Shown here piece by piece: positions 22,745-36,120 of a stretch of 64,000 bases of DNA. Made by a program: the position numbers and the translations under genes. This DNA comes from Magallana gigas (taxonomy: Eukaryota): positions 36,766,001-36,830,000 of the forward strand of contig NC_088855.1 of the NCBI RefSeq assembly GCF_963853765.1. The letters are read 5' to 3'. The stretch's first letter is position 1; the number at the start of each line of letters is the position of its first letter. The notes beneath the pieces were generated by a model. That model worked only from the letters and a program-made list of their open reading frames with translations, was not told where the DNA came from and made no database searches.

Positions 22745-24545
22745 TTACAAATGATCAAATTCATATTGTCCTTGGATTGGTGGTTTGGCAAGCATTTGAT
22801 CTGTTTCTTTTACCCTCAGGGTGAAGTTCAGACAGGCAAACAGCGCATGAGGGTTTGTATCATAACTGATGATCTTCAACACTATAGTATAAGCCCCCTG
22901 TACAAATAGAAGTATAACATAAGTATAAGTTATCATAATAATCAAGTATCATCGAACTATACATTTTATTTCACTAGTTTTTCCCTTTTCTTATTCAACA
23001 CACTGATTTAAAAATACCGGTAATCATCAAGAGTAAAAATAAACTTACGACAGGTACTCGACTTAAATCGCTGTAACTGAATGGTACTTTAATTCTATCT
23101 GGAAAAAGAGGAAACTTGTACAAAATAATGACAATGCCATACAGAAAACCATTAACGTCCATTGCATTAACAAATAATTTTGATTATTTAAGATTAAAGG
23201 ATAAGAACCGAGTTAAAATTTAAGTATGAAAACAAAATGCAACATTTTATGTCAATCTGCATAGTAAAGCATAAAAAAACCAAATAAACAAACAAAAAAA
23301 GGAAACAAACACCCACCCCCCCCCCCAAAAAAAAAACCCCGAAACAATTGACATGCATAATATTTGCTATAGAAAATAAATGTAAACGAAAACAAACTCT
23401 AAGACACTTGAAATTCATTTGTTTTATTTGCTCAAATCAGATTTAAAATTAATTTGAATTGTCCTTAAGCAAAAAATGCCGGGTTGAATACCCAGGCAAA
23501 TCTTATGAAATACAAAAAAAACCCAACTCCTTTCACTTTTTTTTTGTCGTGAAGCTACCTATAATACGGATTTTTTCTGATTACTTTTCCTTTTAACATT
23601 AAGAGCTTCAGAAGTATGGTATAATTAGAATAAATAAAGTCGTTCCAAATTAAAGTCTATAAAAGTCTATCAAGAATAACTTCAAATATCATAACATTCA
23701 ACTTAAATACTAGTTGTTTTAGTACGTACTTCCTTTTTTCAGAGGACATGTAATAAGTTTAGTCATCTGATGAATGTCATTACATGCGATGTCTTGGTCA
23801 ACGGAGAAAACTGGGTCAGGGCTATCCTCCAGATACACATCAATGTGACCTTGACCGTGGCCGAAATCAATAGCTATTTAAACAAATAAACGATAATAAT
23901 TTTTTAAAAATTCTTATTATTGCTAAAAAAAAATTGAACATTTATAAAGCCCTCTTACGATTGATGATGTCCAAATAAAATTTGATCGCCTTTTCTCTAT
24001 CGACGAGTTTTGGTGTCCATGAAACGTTCAAGTGGGCTCCCGGTGGTCCTGTCAAAGAAATTTTTGACATTTTCTAAGTTAGTTATTATTTAAACTTTAA
24101 ACGACAACTTTTAAAAAATAAAATTTTTCCTGAAAACCATATTAAGATTTTTAAAGATTATTGAAAAATAAACTATTGATAAAGAATTGCATGTTCTTAA
24201 ACTTAGTTGCCTACCACAAACGATGGCAGTTCCTGTGTCCGATAGCTCTAGGCCAGACAATGGCAACATATTTTTCATCTTCCTCAAATTAATAGCATTG
24301 GATACCCTCGTTAAAAGAGAAGTCAGTGATGATCCGGATTCCGCATTATCCTTGGGACTATCAAATTCTGAGACCTCTCCATTTGCATCGCCCCTTCTAC
24401 CAAATCTTATGATTTCCTTAACATTGATTTTCTTGTCGACCAGGACATAGTTTGGGCGTCCACGTCCCTCCCCGTCCTCCTGAGAGAACGAGAGACTGAT
24501 GAAGACAATGATGGATGCCAAGCACTGTATTGCCAGACTTTTCAT
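22745..24545 (-). CDS. ML-5: secreted ML-domain protein, LY96/LY86-like, 255 aa
   Basis: Exons 24545-24215, 24048-23959, 23873-23730, 23098-23049, 22897-22745 (331+90+144+50+153 nt). Domain: C|GPPGAHLNVSWTPKLVDREKAIKFYLDIIN|PIDFGHGQGHIDVYLEDSPDPVFSVDQDIACNDIHQMTKLITCPLKKG|NRIKVPFSYSDLSRVPV|GAYTIVLKIISYDTNPHALFACLNFTLRVKETDQMLAKPPIQGQYEFDHL*. Confidence 0.9.
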
Positions 24546-25137
24546 TGCCACTTCACTGCAAACACACATTTAAAATGAATTTCCAGCTCTAGGGACACTA
24601 TGATTTATCTTATTTGTTTTCTTCCTGGTGCGAACACGTATTAAACGCATGCAATTCAATTGATTTTCATTAAAATAATTTCCCTAAATATGTTAAAAAT
24701 GTTTCTAGGGTCAAAAATACAAAGTCTGTCATTAAGTTTCATTAAATTTCAACAAGTGCATTGAAAAATATTTTTAAAAAATCATTTCAGAGAATACAGC
24801 GTTTAGAAATTAACTTACACTGTACTAACAAATACCATGGTTTCTTTTTATCTTATCAAACTTTTACATTCAAGTCTTCTTAACAATTGGTTCACATTAT
24901 TTTTCACATATTAAATCATTGTTCATAATATAATAGGCGACTTTTATAATACAGGAGAGAGAAAGACAGCCGAGCAGATGACGTTTTATTCGGTATACAT
25001 GTCTAAGCAATGTCTTTCAAACCCCATATATCTCCGCATTTTATCAACTATATTTGTTTTTCAAATAAACATATTCAAGGAGTATTCCTTTAAACGCTTT
25101 TAAGCTATATCTAGATATCTTAGATAATTAACTGGTA

Positions 25138-25361
25138 TACTGTGGAATCATTTAATTTCGGGGGGGGGGGGCAATTTTCGTGGATATTGAGTTTTTTGCA
25201 TAATCGTGGGGATGTAATCGTGGATGCGTCACTTTTTAGTTTCAGGTGGTAAACTAACTCTTTTATAATTAATTTTTATTGAGGACGTAAATTCGTGGGC
25301 GAGAGTTACCCACGAATACCACGAAAATTGAGCCACTACGAATTTTAAAGATTCCACAGTA
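25138..25361. mobile_element. MITE with TACTGTGGAATC...GATTCCACAGTA terminal inverted repeats
   Basis: Perfect 12 bp TIR including terminal TA, subterminal ttcgtgg/ccacgaa inverted motifs, no coding capacity. Confidence 0.8.
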
Positions 25362-28061
25362 ACGGTGATCTAAAACGTCTTTTATATATCTTTTTGAGGA
25401 AATGAAGACGTCTAAAGTTACTTCAGTGTACTTTAAATTGTGATTTATTAAACGTAAAATAAGGAAATTCAAAGTAATTATTTCCTTGATTATCGCTCAA
25501 TTTCCGTAAAACAGCAATGTAAGTTGGTGTGATTGATACCATAGCGTCAGGATCATGAAGTTTCTCTAGATTAAAGTCCCAATTCATTTATAAAATGAAT
25601 ACTTATAATCAAATACACTTGAAATGTATAGCTAGCAACGTAATATAAAGACGCATTATAATAGCATTCTAGTTTTTTGATGTACAAATTTTGCCTTCAG
25701 TCTAAGATTCTCTCAGGATCCTTGGGCCTAGTTAAGAGAGGAAAACCTAAATAAATAATTACACACAGTCATATAGCAATATCCATACCAAAGAAAAAAA
25801 CGAGATAAAGAAGTATTTTTGCAAAAAAGGGTCAAGATACAATGTAAGGTGTGTGTACTTTTGTAAAGTTTAAAGAATAAACAATTTCTGTCCCTCTAAA
25901 AACATGATAAAAACTTCTTAAACATAGAGTAGAGCTAAATAGCGTCTAATCAATTTCTGATATTATTTTGAATTTGGCTATACAATGTAACCATAATTCT
26001 TCATACCTCATAGAGATCGGTCATGGTCGCTTAACTTTAATAATTTGATCTGCAACATTAGTTATATGTCGACCAGAGTGTCTTTTTATTTTGAATGAAA
26101 ACAAATACTGTTCTTATGACCCACGGTACCACATTGATACCTCTAATGCTTAACTGTTAATCTTAGAAAAGTATAACAAAGACAAAGGTTTGAAAAGATA
26201 ATTTATTTCGATAATAACGTGGAAATATTGTGGTTACGGCAGATATCATTAAGTACAAATCAAATATCAGGTCAAATCAGATATCATCGTGGACATTAGA
26301 CCGCCAAACAAAGAGCATTTTCCAAAAAGATATACATTTACAACACTACATATACACAATCAATAATATAGCTCAAAGTTCAAACAACATACAAGTTCAA
26401 AATTCACGTTTAGCAAACAACAAATTCAAGTTTACCATGTAGAGAGAATTAACCATGGAAGGTGCAAAGGTCAAAGCTTGGTTTTATTTGCAAACAGATT
26501 ATTACTTTTATATCAGAATGCTACACCAGTATAGGAGAATAACAGCAGTACCGTCTGAGAGCTTTGATACACTGAACAACAGCTGTTTTCGGCAATAATG
26601 TTATAAAGGCCCCAAATTTCACCAACCTTATTTAAGGAGTGGCTGAATGAAATTGAGGCTAAGGGGAATAGCTACAACGTTAGGTTAACTACGTTTGCGG
26701 GTCTAAATATTGACATGCAATAGATTGAGGGTAATGTAGCACACTTTTTTTCTCGATAAAAACCTCCTATCAAAACAGAATTGGATGTGATAATGTAGTT
26801 ACTAATATGACCTCTATCAAATGTTTTTAGGCACTTATTAAATAATTTTGAATTTCAGTATCATATTCAAGAGTACCAAAAAATTACAATCAACATCAGT
26901 GGACCTACAATGACCTACTATTTCTCACTATCAAAATAGTGTTGTACGGATGTCAAGGGCGTTGCTTCGTGGTATTGATGTTTGTATGTTGGTCTTTGGA
27001 AATATAGTGAGGAATAAAAGATATGTTAATCGAGAAAACCATACCGCAGCTTAATTACTGAGCAATGGAGTATCATTTGATTGAGAACATTTGAAATCAC
27101 ATGTAATAAATTCTAAATAAATTTTGATTTTCAATTATTTGATTTATATTACACTCAGTTGACTGAGGATGCAAAATATAAACAAAAGTTATTTACTTTG
27201 AATACAAAATAAATTATCCCGCTCTCCGAGTTTGAATGGATTATATTCTAGTACTTCAAAACAATTCTCGATTGATGTTTTGGAATACATTATGTTGCCG
27301 ACTTTATTGTGAACTGAGATTGCAATATATGTCAGTAAAGAAACGATCCTTTAACATAAATAAGACATTCACTGCTTAAACAGGTAGTTAATAATATTCT
27401 TTCATATATTTTAACCAATTTAGAGTCATAATGCATTTAGTTGAGTCTTTGCATGTCACTCTAAAAAGTGTCATTGAAGAAACTTCCGGAAAAATATTTT
27501 AAGTGTATTTCGATACAAAATACAAACACATGTAGCGTATCAGTCATAATATAAAATACAATGATATTTCTGTCAAGGTAACTGATTTTCCTAGCACAAG
27601 CCCAAACTCAAAAAAATATAAGCCCTCTAAGATCATATGTGTTATGCTATCATTTTATATTTAAAGTCATCATACCAACTTGCCTTTGTAATATTTTAAC
27701 CCATATACTTATTTATGTTTAAACTCAATTGTTCAATATATAAAATAAAGCTACATGTAGGCTCCTCTCTAACCTACAGAAGTAAAAGCATGACCACATT
27801 TGATAGTTTATGGATATTTGGTAGATACTTTAGTTTTTCTGGCAATAAGGGAAACAATAGACATGGTAATCGTCAGAAGAATTTGTATTGAATTGCTTAC
27901 ATTTTTCTCTATTAATAGGACCCCGTTCTGACCTTTGACGCCAAACAAACTGAAATCTATCGTATATGATAAGACATATTTATTTATAAAAGCCTTTATT
28001 TTCTGACTTTTCAATATATATTTAAGCATTGAATCATTATTTTCTGAAAGATATGGTCTCA

Positions 28062-28337
28062 TAAGGCCTAAAAAAATTTAGTGTGTTTAGGGTTACACTG
28101 ATGAAAAAAATTAGGTTAGGTAGGTGGGAATTTTTTTTTATTTTATCTATTTTTTTTTGCCTGAATCCTAAGAATGTTTGTTTGTTTCATATTTAAAAAC
28201 GTATTTTTTTTTTTTATTGAAAATAAGGTAAAATTCACAGTCGGATAAAATCAGGCATCTAAAAATGGTAGGATCGGGCCATTTTTGTAGGTTAGGTCGG
28301 GTTACCCGAAACACACAACTTTTTTTTTTAGGCCTAA
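28062..28337. mobile_element. MITE with AGGCCTAAAAAAA...TTTTTTTAGGCCT terminal inverted repeats
   Basis: taaggcctaaaaaaattt at 28062 and tttttttttaggcctaa ending at 28337; internal ggttaggt repeats. Confidence 0.7.
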
Positions 28338-28527
28338 CTGCAACGGTGTGTGCTTACAAATTGAATAACGCGCGCTAGACTAGTACTAAACACCCCAATC
28401 ACCACCATTCTATTGGCTGTGTTCCATTAGAATAGAGAACAGACATACACTCTTAAAAGCAAAAATGAATGCACTGTCAAACATTGATCTCTTGAATTAG
28501 TATTATAACCCATTTGAAAATAATTTT

Positions 28528-28546
28528 ACACACACACACACACACA

Positions 28547-28596
<50 letters not shown>
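28528..28596. repeat. Compound (CA)n(CT)n microsatellite
   Basis: Direct read. Confidence 0.95.
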
Positions 28597-28599
<3 letters not shown>

Positions 28600-28904
28600 G
28601 TATACATGTATTTTAAAGTACAATAGTTTGGATTAATAGAAAATACAAGATTCATGTATTTTTTCTATTCTTATCTGAACACTTTTATATCTTAGATTTT
28701 CACACCCGACAGGATGCAGTTAAAAGATGAAACCTGTGAAACTTTGATGATCATAAATACAACAGCAATCTTGTACAAGTCATTAAATTTGAACCTGATA
28801 ATGAACATGAACCTGTCAATATGTTTAAGCATGTTTTATTTATGAAACATTTATAAAAACTCTTTATTTAGCTTTTAAATTACTTTTTAAATACTTACTG
28901 ACTT

Positions 28905-29067
28905 TTAACAAAGTAATGGTAATGGTAATGCATAACTTTACTTATGTAATGGTAATGTAATGCATTACTTAAAAAAGATTAAATAATGGTAATGGTAATT
29001 CAATGCCCTAATTCATGAAGTAATGGTAATGCAATGCATTACTTTACAATGTAATTCGCCCCAAGCC

Positions 29068-29068
<1 letters not shown>
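28905..29068. repeat. GTAATG-rich repeat fragment, probably one end of a non-autonomous DNA element
   Basis: Repeated gtaatggtaatg / gtaatgcattac units ending gtaattcgccccaagcc. The partner end was not found. Confidence 0.5.

Positions 29069-29149
<81 letters not shown>
29069..29149. repeat. (TA)n microsatellite
   Basis: Direct read. Confidence 0.95.
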
Positions 29150-29151
<2 letters not shown>

Positions 29152-29399
29152 CAACAATCATGTAGTTCTTTGATTTTGCCGTCGGTTACTTATCCAAATA
29201 GGGATTTGTTTAAATGGAAGGCCAAATTATTATAAAAGTTATACTGTTTGGTTAAAAAATATATAATAGAATATTACTTCTAATACATGTTAATGAAAGC
29301 AAAACGATTTCTTCCAAAATATTTATTATCTCGGTGAAAAAAAAGAGGCTGCTAGATTTACAGTATCTGGTTTGTAAGAACAGTTTGACGCTGTCTTAA

Positions 29400-31119
29400 T
29401 TACGGTGCTGATTCCAAAAACATGTATGTTGATGGTCTAACCTCTAAGGTAACATTCAGACACACAAACAGCGCTTGGGTGTTTTGTAAATAACTGTACA
29501 CATTCAACACAATAGTGAAAGATCCCTGGAAGTAGAAAGTCGTATTTTACTAAAAATAATTATTTAGCATTAAATATGTTAATGAATACTTTTTTTTTTT
29601 AGAATTTTTGTATTAACCTCAAAATGAAATTTTATCAATTACCAAAGTGAATTCTTTGCTCTTTATGACACATTAACGAGTTTTATATACACCTTTTCTA
29701 TAGAATTCTCTATTTTTTCATTTGCAGAGGCTTTAAAGTATGTAAAAACAAAATCTTTATTAACAACTCGAACATTTACATGGGGGCTAAATACAGATAT
29801 GTCCACCGACAAAAACTTACGACTGGTAATGCTTGTAACTGGTTGAAATGCAAAGGAATTCTAGAAAACTTATCTGCAAATCAAAAGTTAAATTTTTCAT
29901 CGAACAAAAATGTTGATTAAATAACAGTATTGTAAAATTCACATTGTAATGAAGGCAATGAATACAAAAAACAAATTTCAAACCTCCTTTTTTTAGAGGG
30001 CACAGAATGGGATACAATTTAATAAAGTCATCACAAGCGATTTCTTGATCCATTGAAAAAAGTCTGTCAGGGCTACCTTTCAAATACACATCAACATGGG
30101 CCTTACCCTCGGTAAAGTTCGTAGCTGTGTAACAAAAAAAATTGTTCTTTTTAAAAAAAACGTTGTTTAAAAAAATATCAATGAGAAATATCAAAATATT
30201 GTTGTAAATAAGCCTTACGAGCAATGAAGTCGACATGAATCTGGACGAACCTTTCCGGGTCGATTATTTTTGGTTTCCATGTTACGTTAAATTCAGCACC
30301 TTCTGGTCCTTGAATTAAATTTAAATGTTGAAATAATTGTTATTTTTAAAGAGAATATTTATCTTTCAATAAGATCTTTTCTAAATTAGCTTACTCATGC
30401 GCTAAGGCCCATTAATATTATATACGAAGTTAGTTTTTCTTGTCTCTGCATAAAATCTATTGAATTCTTGATTTTAACACATAAATTGTTAAATTTGTTG
30501 GTAATACATAATCTTAGTAATAAATCATACTCAAAAGTCAACAACTCAACCATTTATCAATAGTTAGACAAAAACACATATCTTGGTCAAGTAATAATGC
30601 AAACAAACATTGATTCAATCCTCATTTCCCACTGATATTAAGGACATATCCTTTTTTAACGGAAACAGGCTTTTAAAAAAAAGGTGAAATAATTATGCAT
30701 TCTAATTATATAACGCTTCCTCTTTTCCATTTACAATGATTGTAAATGCTAAAAGAAAAATTGAAGGCACCACAAACAATAGCTCGTCCCGTGTTATTGT
30801 CTGTTTCTTTATTAATTGGTGTCGGCAACAACATTTTTGTCTTCCCCAAACTAGCATCAGTTGACGCCTTTATCGGCAAAAATAGCATAGATGCAAGTGA
30901 TCTGTATTTCTGGTGAACTTCTCCCTGCGCATCGCCTGCCCTCTCGCCATATCGGATGATCTCCTTGATACTGACTGGTTTGTTCACGATACTTTTTGGT
31001 CTTTTTCGCTCTGTTGCGTCCTGTTGGGAAAGCGAGAGACTGACAGACACAAGAAGGAGAAGTTTTATGGGCAGTCTTGTCTTTATCAAAGTCTGCAAGC
31101 AAAATTGAACGAAAATCAT
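29400..31119 (-). CDS. ML-6: secreted ML-domain protein, LY96/LY86-like, ~252 aa (start codon uncertain)
   Basis: Exons 31119-30771, 30308-30219, 30124-29984, 29873-29821, 29525-29400 (349+90+141+53+126 nt). Domain: C|GPEGAEFNVTWKPKIIDPERFVQIHVDFIA|PTNFTEGKAHVDVYLKGSPDRLFSMDQEIACDDFIKLYPILCPLKKG|DKFSRIPLHFNQLQALPV|GSFTIVLNVYSYLQNTQALFVCLNVTLEVRPSTYMFLESAP*. The first donor, GTGCCT, is weak. Confidence 0.85.
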
Positions 31120-31865
31120 ACTTTTTTCCCTATTTTGACTTCCTGTTCTAAAAACTAAGCACTAAAAATTTCGTTGTAAAACGTGATACTTTGTTCTTTT
31201 TGAAAAAGAATCATTTAGCCTTGTATGTTCCCCCCCCAAAAAAAAAACTTGGGGGGGGGGGGAGAATATACCCTTACCCATAGTTAAAATATTTCTGAAA
31301 TTTTTTAAATATCCTGAGGAAGAGTTTTTTTCTCTACCTTGGAAATTCTCATTTTCCTTTGAGATTTTGATTTCTAAAGATAAAGATCTCACCTATCAGG
31401 TAAAATACACAGGTTATCATATACTCTACAGGCAATGGTCTATTACATTAAATTTAAAAATGTTTTTGAAAGCTGCACCTTAATTAGACGCCACCATGAT
31501 TCTGATATATTTATTCGACACAGTGTTTTAATCGTTTCATGTATGGATGTACATGTAATGACTCAGCAGACTATCTGAGATGATAGGATACAACGTTTTC
31601 TATGTGTCTAAATTAAGTATTTGAGTTATTTACTGTAGCCAGTGTTTTCTGTGCACAGACTGACGGGTTGATTTTATATTAAAGGGAACACAGGAAAATT
31701 CAAAATATATAAAATATTTGGTATCGTAGCAATAAGATTCGAGACTCCACAAAATGGCGGTTTGTATTGGTCTGCTAAGCTTTAAAGCCATAGAAAATGA
31801 TAGCTAGGTGTCTAAAAGAAATCTTTGAGTATTATAAAGAATGACATAATTTTGGCTATGCCTCG

Positions 31866-31868
<3 letters not shown>

Positions 31869-31924
<56 letters not shown>
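31869..31924. repeat. (GA)n microsatellite at the start of the putative 5' UTR intron of ML-6
   Basis: Direct read; 30 nt from a donor ATG|GTAAGA at 31955/31954, with ACCAGGAAGA at 32051-32042. Confidence 0.95.
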
Positions 31925-31928
<4 letters not shown>

Positions 31929-33644
31929 ATGTTCAACCAAGAAAAATATCTTACCATTCTTGCAAAGGTAGCCTGCTCTTTTACAGAAAAAATGATTTAA
32001 CTGAAGGAAAAGAGAAGAAAGCTTATTTTGATTTTTAAAAATCTTCCTGGTTCGTATCTGTTTCGCATGATTGCGTTTCAAGGTTTAGAAACATTAATAC
32101 TTTGAAAAGAATTTAGAGTGAAGGAATGCAAAGAATCCTTGGCATCCACTAGAATTTATATGAAAACAGATATTTAATTGCAATGTATTAAAATAATATG
32201 TTTTATTGCTGTCATATTCAATATGACTTTTACACTTTATCAATGCAAAATTAAGTGGCAAGTTACATGGGACTTTTTTAAATAAATGTGTATTATATAT
32301 ATGATATCAGATTTGATATATTTTTGTTATTCATAATGGACTTGCTTTACTGAAGCAATTTCATTTAAATCAATTATTTTTTCTCTTTCAATGCAGACTG
32401 ACCACTGCAGTGATCATTGCATTAACCATGCTGTAAGTGATCCGCTTGATATTCAGTTCCAGCAAGCATGTACTGACCACCAACATGATGTTGGTTGCGA
32501 CCGCTGCCAATTACTTCCAAAAGCAGTTTTAAATTTGAAGGAAATCCTGAGCAATCTCGCAGGTAATTTGCTATTAATGAATAATTCTTATCAATTTGAT
32601 AAGATTTGAAAGTGAAACATGGCACTGAGTGTATACTAAAAATATTGAATTTTTTTCGATTGAGTTTGATTTTAAAATAATGATTAATTTGACAGATCTT
32701 TCCCCCAACACCAGAGAAGAATTGTTTATGGATATTGATGCAGCGGTAACAAAGATTCTTCAATGGAAAAGCCACATTTTTAGAACTATCAATCAGGATA
32801 CTGCTAGGACACACACACTGAAAGATCTCCAGCCTGGTGATATTTTTATTATTATGGACTGGGCCAAGAAATTCTTACCGATTACATTTAGAGAAAAACA
32901 GAGCACTGGTATGGCCAGAAGGGCATAAATTGGCATGTGTCTGTGTGCATTTACAAGGATGAAAACTCAAATTTAAAGGTGGGATTACTGAGAACAATTT
33001 AATGTGGTAATTCTATGGCTATAGGATCTCTCATGATTTTTGATGGATTAAATGATATTGTTTGACAATAAGTTGTATTTTTACTTTCCATGCAACCTTG
33101 CCAATGGGTTAATAAGCATGCACACACAATCAGTTCAATCTGAATAAAAGTCATGTACAATGTACATTTGCAAATCAATATAAAATGATTTACAATGTAG
33201 TGATGCATTATGAAATCATGCATGCAGCATAAAAATATACATTGTTATATAAAGAATTTTAGGTCTTCTAAATTTTTTAATGCATTACAAACTCATGTTA
33301 AGTTTTTTTGTTTTTTAGCATAGAACATTCGCTCACATGTTGGATGGAGTGCGTCAAGACTGGTTAGCGGTTGCCTGTCTTTGGAAGACACCCTTCATCA
33401 TGTGAAACTGCAACTTCCCAATACAACAAGGGCATTTATTCGGAGTGATAATGCCGGGTGCTACCACTGCGGCAATCTATGGCTTGCCATACCAGGCATC
33501 AGTAGGCGCACTGGTAAATAATCTTTATTTATCCTCCAAGTTATATATTAAAAATATATATGCATTTGTAACCTAATAACTGACACAGCAAATGGATTAA
33601 GTATAGTAAATGCTTTGTAGATGAATTAATTTTATGAGTAAGAC

Positions 33645-33648
<4 letters not shown>

Positions 33649-33723
<75 letters not shown>
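33649..33723. repeat. (GA)n microsatellite within a transposase intron
   Basis: Direct read. Confidence 0.95.
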
Positions 33724-33726
<3 letters not shown>

Positions 33727-33774
33727 TTATTGAAGCAAGGCAGGCAGTCAAAAGTTTACTTTCTTTACCATGAA

Positions 33775-33777
<3 letters not shown>

Positions 33778-33846
<69 letters not shown>
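33778..33846. repeat. (TA)n microsatellite within a transposase intron
   Basis: Direct read; ends ~12 nt before the TTTCAG acceptor at 33858. Confidence 0.95.
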
Positions 33847-33850
<4 letters not shown>

Positions 33851-35885
33851 CATTTCAGGAGTGTTCATAGACAGTGAGGCCCAAAGTGGGAAGTCCTACT
33901 GTGATGCTAAAATTGCCCACATGAGAGGGAAGTTTAGCAAAGTTGTCGCATCAGGATATAACATCCTTACAGCAGCCAACATGAAGTCTGCCATAGACCT
34001 GTATGAAGGAACAACTGGATGTCAAGCAGCACATGTTAAGCTCCAGGGATGTCCTCCTTCTATAGCCAAGTGCCCAATAAAGGGCATAACCAAGATTTCA
34101 AATGTCAAGTTTGAACCAAAGCATCTAACAACTTGGAGGGCCTTCAATATTGGCATAGGCAAGCAGTTGCCTATTGAACATGAAAACAATGTAAGTGTAT
34201 GTGCAGCACTAAGCACACAGATTGTTTTATTACAGTACACTGAAATGTTTATAACGACATCAAGCTTTAGAAGTCAAACCAGTTCAACTACTCTTACAGT
34301 TTTAATTAATGCAATTCAACCGTTAAGGAAATCTTTCAAATACATGACTAACCACTGCATGTTTTAATTATAGGACCTGGCAGAATTAGAAATTATATCT
34401 GATTTTGTTTTGAAATCTGGATCAGTTGGGCACATTCAAAATCCCAAAGAGAGCAATGATGTTGCTGATTCTTCAGATGATCATGCTGATCAGTGTCCTG
34501 AATTGTCCTGAAGCAGGATGTACCCAGATCTTCACAAGATACAGCGACATGCAAAACTATTGCTTAATCGGCAGTCACACTTACCAGCTCATATGACGAT
34601 ATAAAAATGAGATGGATGGATGCATGTTGTACACTATTAGAAGATACTCTGAAATACTCTAAAACCGGAGAAGGAGTCACTGAGCAAGTGTGTGTGCAGT
34701 CTGATATGGATTGGGCTTTGAAAAAAGAGAAAAAAAGTGCTAGATTCTCAGATGACTTGAAATCATATCGTAGTGACATATTCTTCCAAGGAGAGAGTGG
34801 TGGAGCAAAGGTACATCCATCAGTTGTCGCTAAAAACATGAGAGTTGCTAAAAATGAAAATGGAGAAAAAAGATTCAGTGCAAATCAATATTTGGCTGTT
34901 GGTCAAATCTCATCTTTTTTTCAAGACTTTCTGAATTAAAAAAACACATCCTCCACAGATATCAGTGATGATGATTTGGATGCAGTTCTTTTGAACATTG
35001 CTAAGGCCGAAACAGCTGCAGAATTTCAGTAGGATGGACATAATTGACTGAGATAGAAACAGTACTCATTTTGTGACAAGGACTGAAATTGTTTGATACA
35101 TATATGTATATAACTTATGAAAAGTGTTTTTAATGTGACAATATCTGTAGATTTTAAAAGAAAGCTGGTTGGTTACCATTACTCATCAGCTCTTAGTAAC
35201 CTTTAATTTTTAGATATGACCTGCTAAGCTATATACTGTTAATTGGTAAAGAAATATCATTAAATTTCAGCTGGTGAACGTCAGTATTTTTTTATATCTT
35301 TATAAAGAGCTCTTCCCTTTAAGAATACCAGTGAATACTATCTTACAATGACCTCAACCATCCAGCCCTGTTAATTCATTCTTGTTTTATGATAACATGG
35401 TATCATTTCAATTAAATTGATGTACAAGATTATGTGTAATGGGATGAGGGGTGAGCAAAACTCCATTTTTAACGAATAATCAACATGAACAGTCTCTTCA
35501 GCTATTGGGTACGATAATAAGTACAATTATTGTCTGATAATGATTGCATGGGTTGAGCAATACAATACTGGGTAGTAATTTAAATACAATGTACAGTAAA
35601 ATTAATGCATAATTGATACTTTGTCCAAAAACCATGCTGATATATTGAACCCCATGTATTTTCATATGAATATCATCCTCATAGTTCCTACTTGCTTAAA
35701 TTCTCCTGAAGAACAATTAAATATGGAAGCTCAATTTAATTTGTTTTTCATATTTTCTTTAGATTAAATAGCTCAATCACAGGTATAATGATATAATTGA
35801 ATTCATGTCAAACAAAAAATATACATAGGTTATTAAAAAAATACTGTGCCTAATGGATTAGATAAGTTTTTCTCCTTAATTATTA

Positions 35886-35910
35886 TTATTAGGTTAGTTA
35901 CTGACTCACT

Positions 35911-35946
<36 letters not shown>

Positions 35947-35964
35947 GGAGGCGAAGCCGAGCCG

Positions 35965-35997
<33 letters not shown>

Positions 35998-36062
35998 AGT
36001 GAGTCAGTAACGGAAATATATTGGTTGATCAATTTCATAGATGGCGAGGCGAAGCCGAGCCG

Positions 36063-36095
<33 letters not shown>

Positions 36096-36120
36096 AGTGA
36101 GTCAGTAACTAACCTAATAA
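35886..36120. mobile_element. Palindromic element with a tandemly duplicated ~99 bp hairpin unit
   Basis: Outer ends ttattaggttagttactgactcact / agtgagtcagtaactaacctaataa. Inside, two units of ggaaatatattgggttgatcaatctcatagatgg-gaggcgaagccgag-ccgtctatgagattgatcaacccaatatatttcc. Confidence 0.8.

Larger units (their letters stand above)
32397..35032 (+). pseudogene. Decayed intron-containing DDE transposase (Sola-type, tentatively Sola3-like), 5' truncated
   Basis: Exon-like segments ~32397-32562, 32696-32978, 33319-33513, 33859-34190 and 34374-35032 with GT-AG borders. Motifs: MDWAKKFLPITFREKQS[frameshift]WYGQKGINWHVSVC, RSDNAGCYH, SEAQSGKSYCDAK, a CPEAGC zinc-finger-like segment, and a C-terminal WALKK...RF...QISSFF segment. 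At least three frameshifts. Candidate right terminus ...ggccactactc|TTAA at 36383. Superfamily assignment is from memory of motifs. Confidence 0.7.

Noticed and set aside
35886-36120. CRISPR-like or prokaryotic repeat-spacer array
   Set aside because: Units are near-identical hairpins with no unique spacers, there are no cas genes, and the context is spliced eukaryotic DNA.
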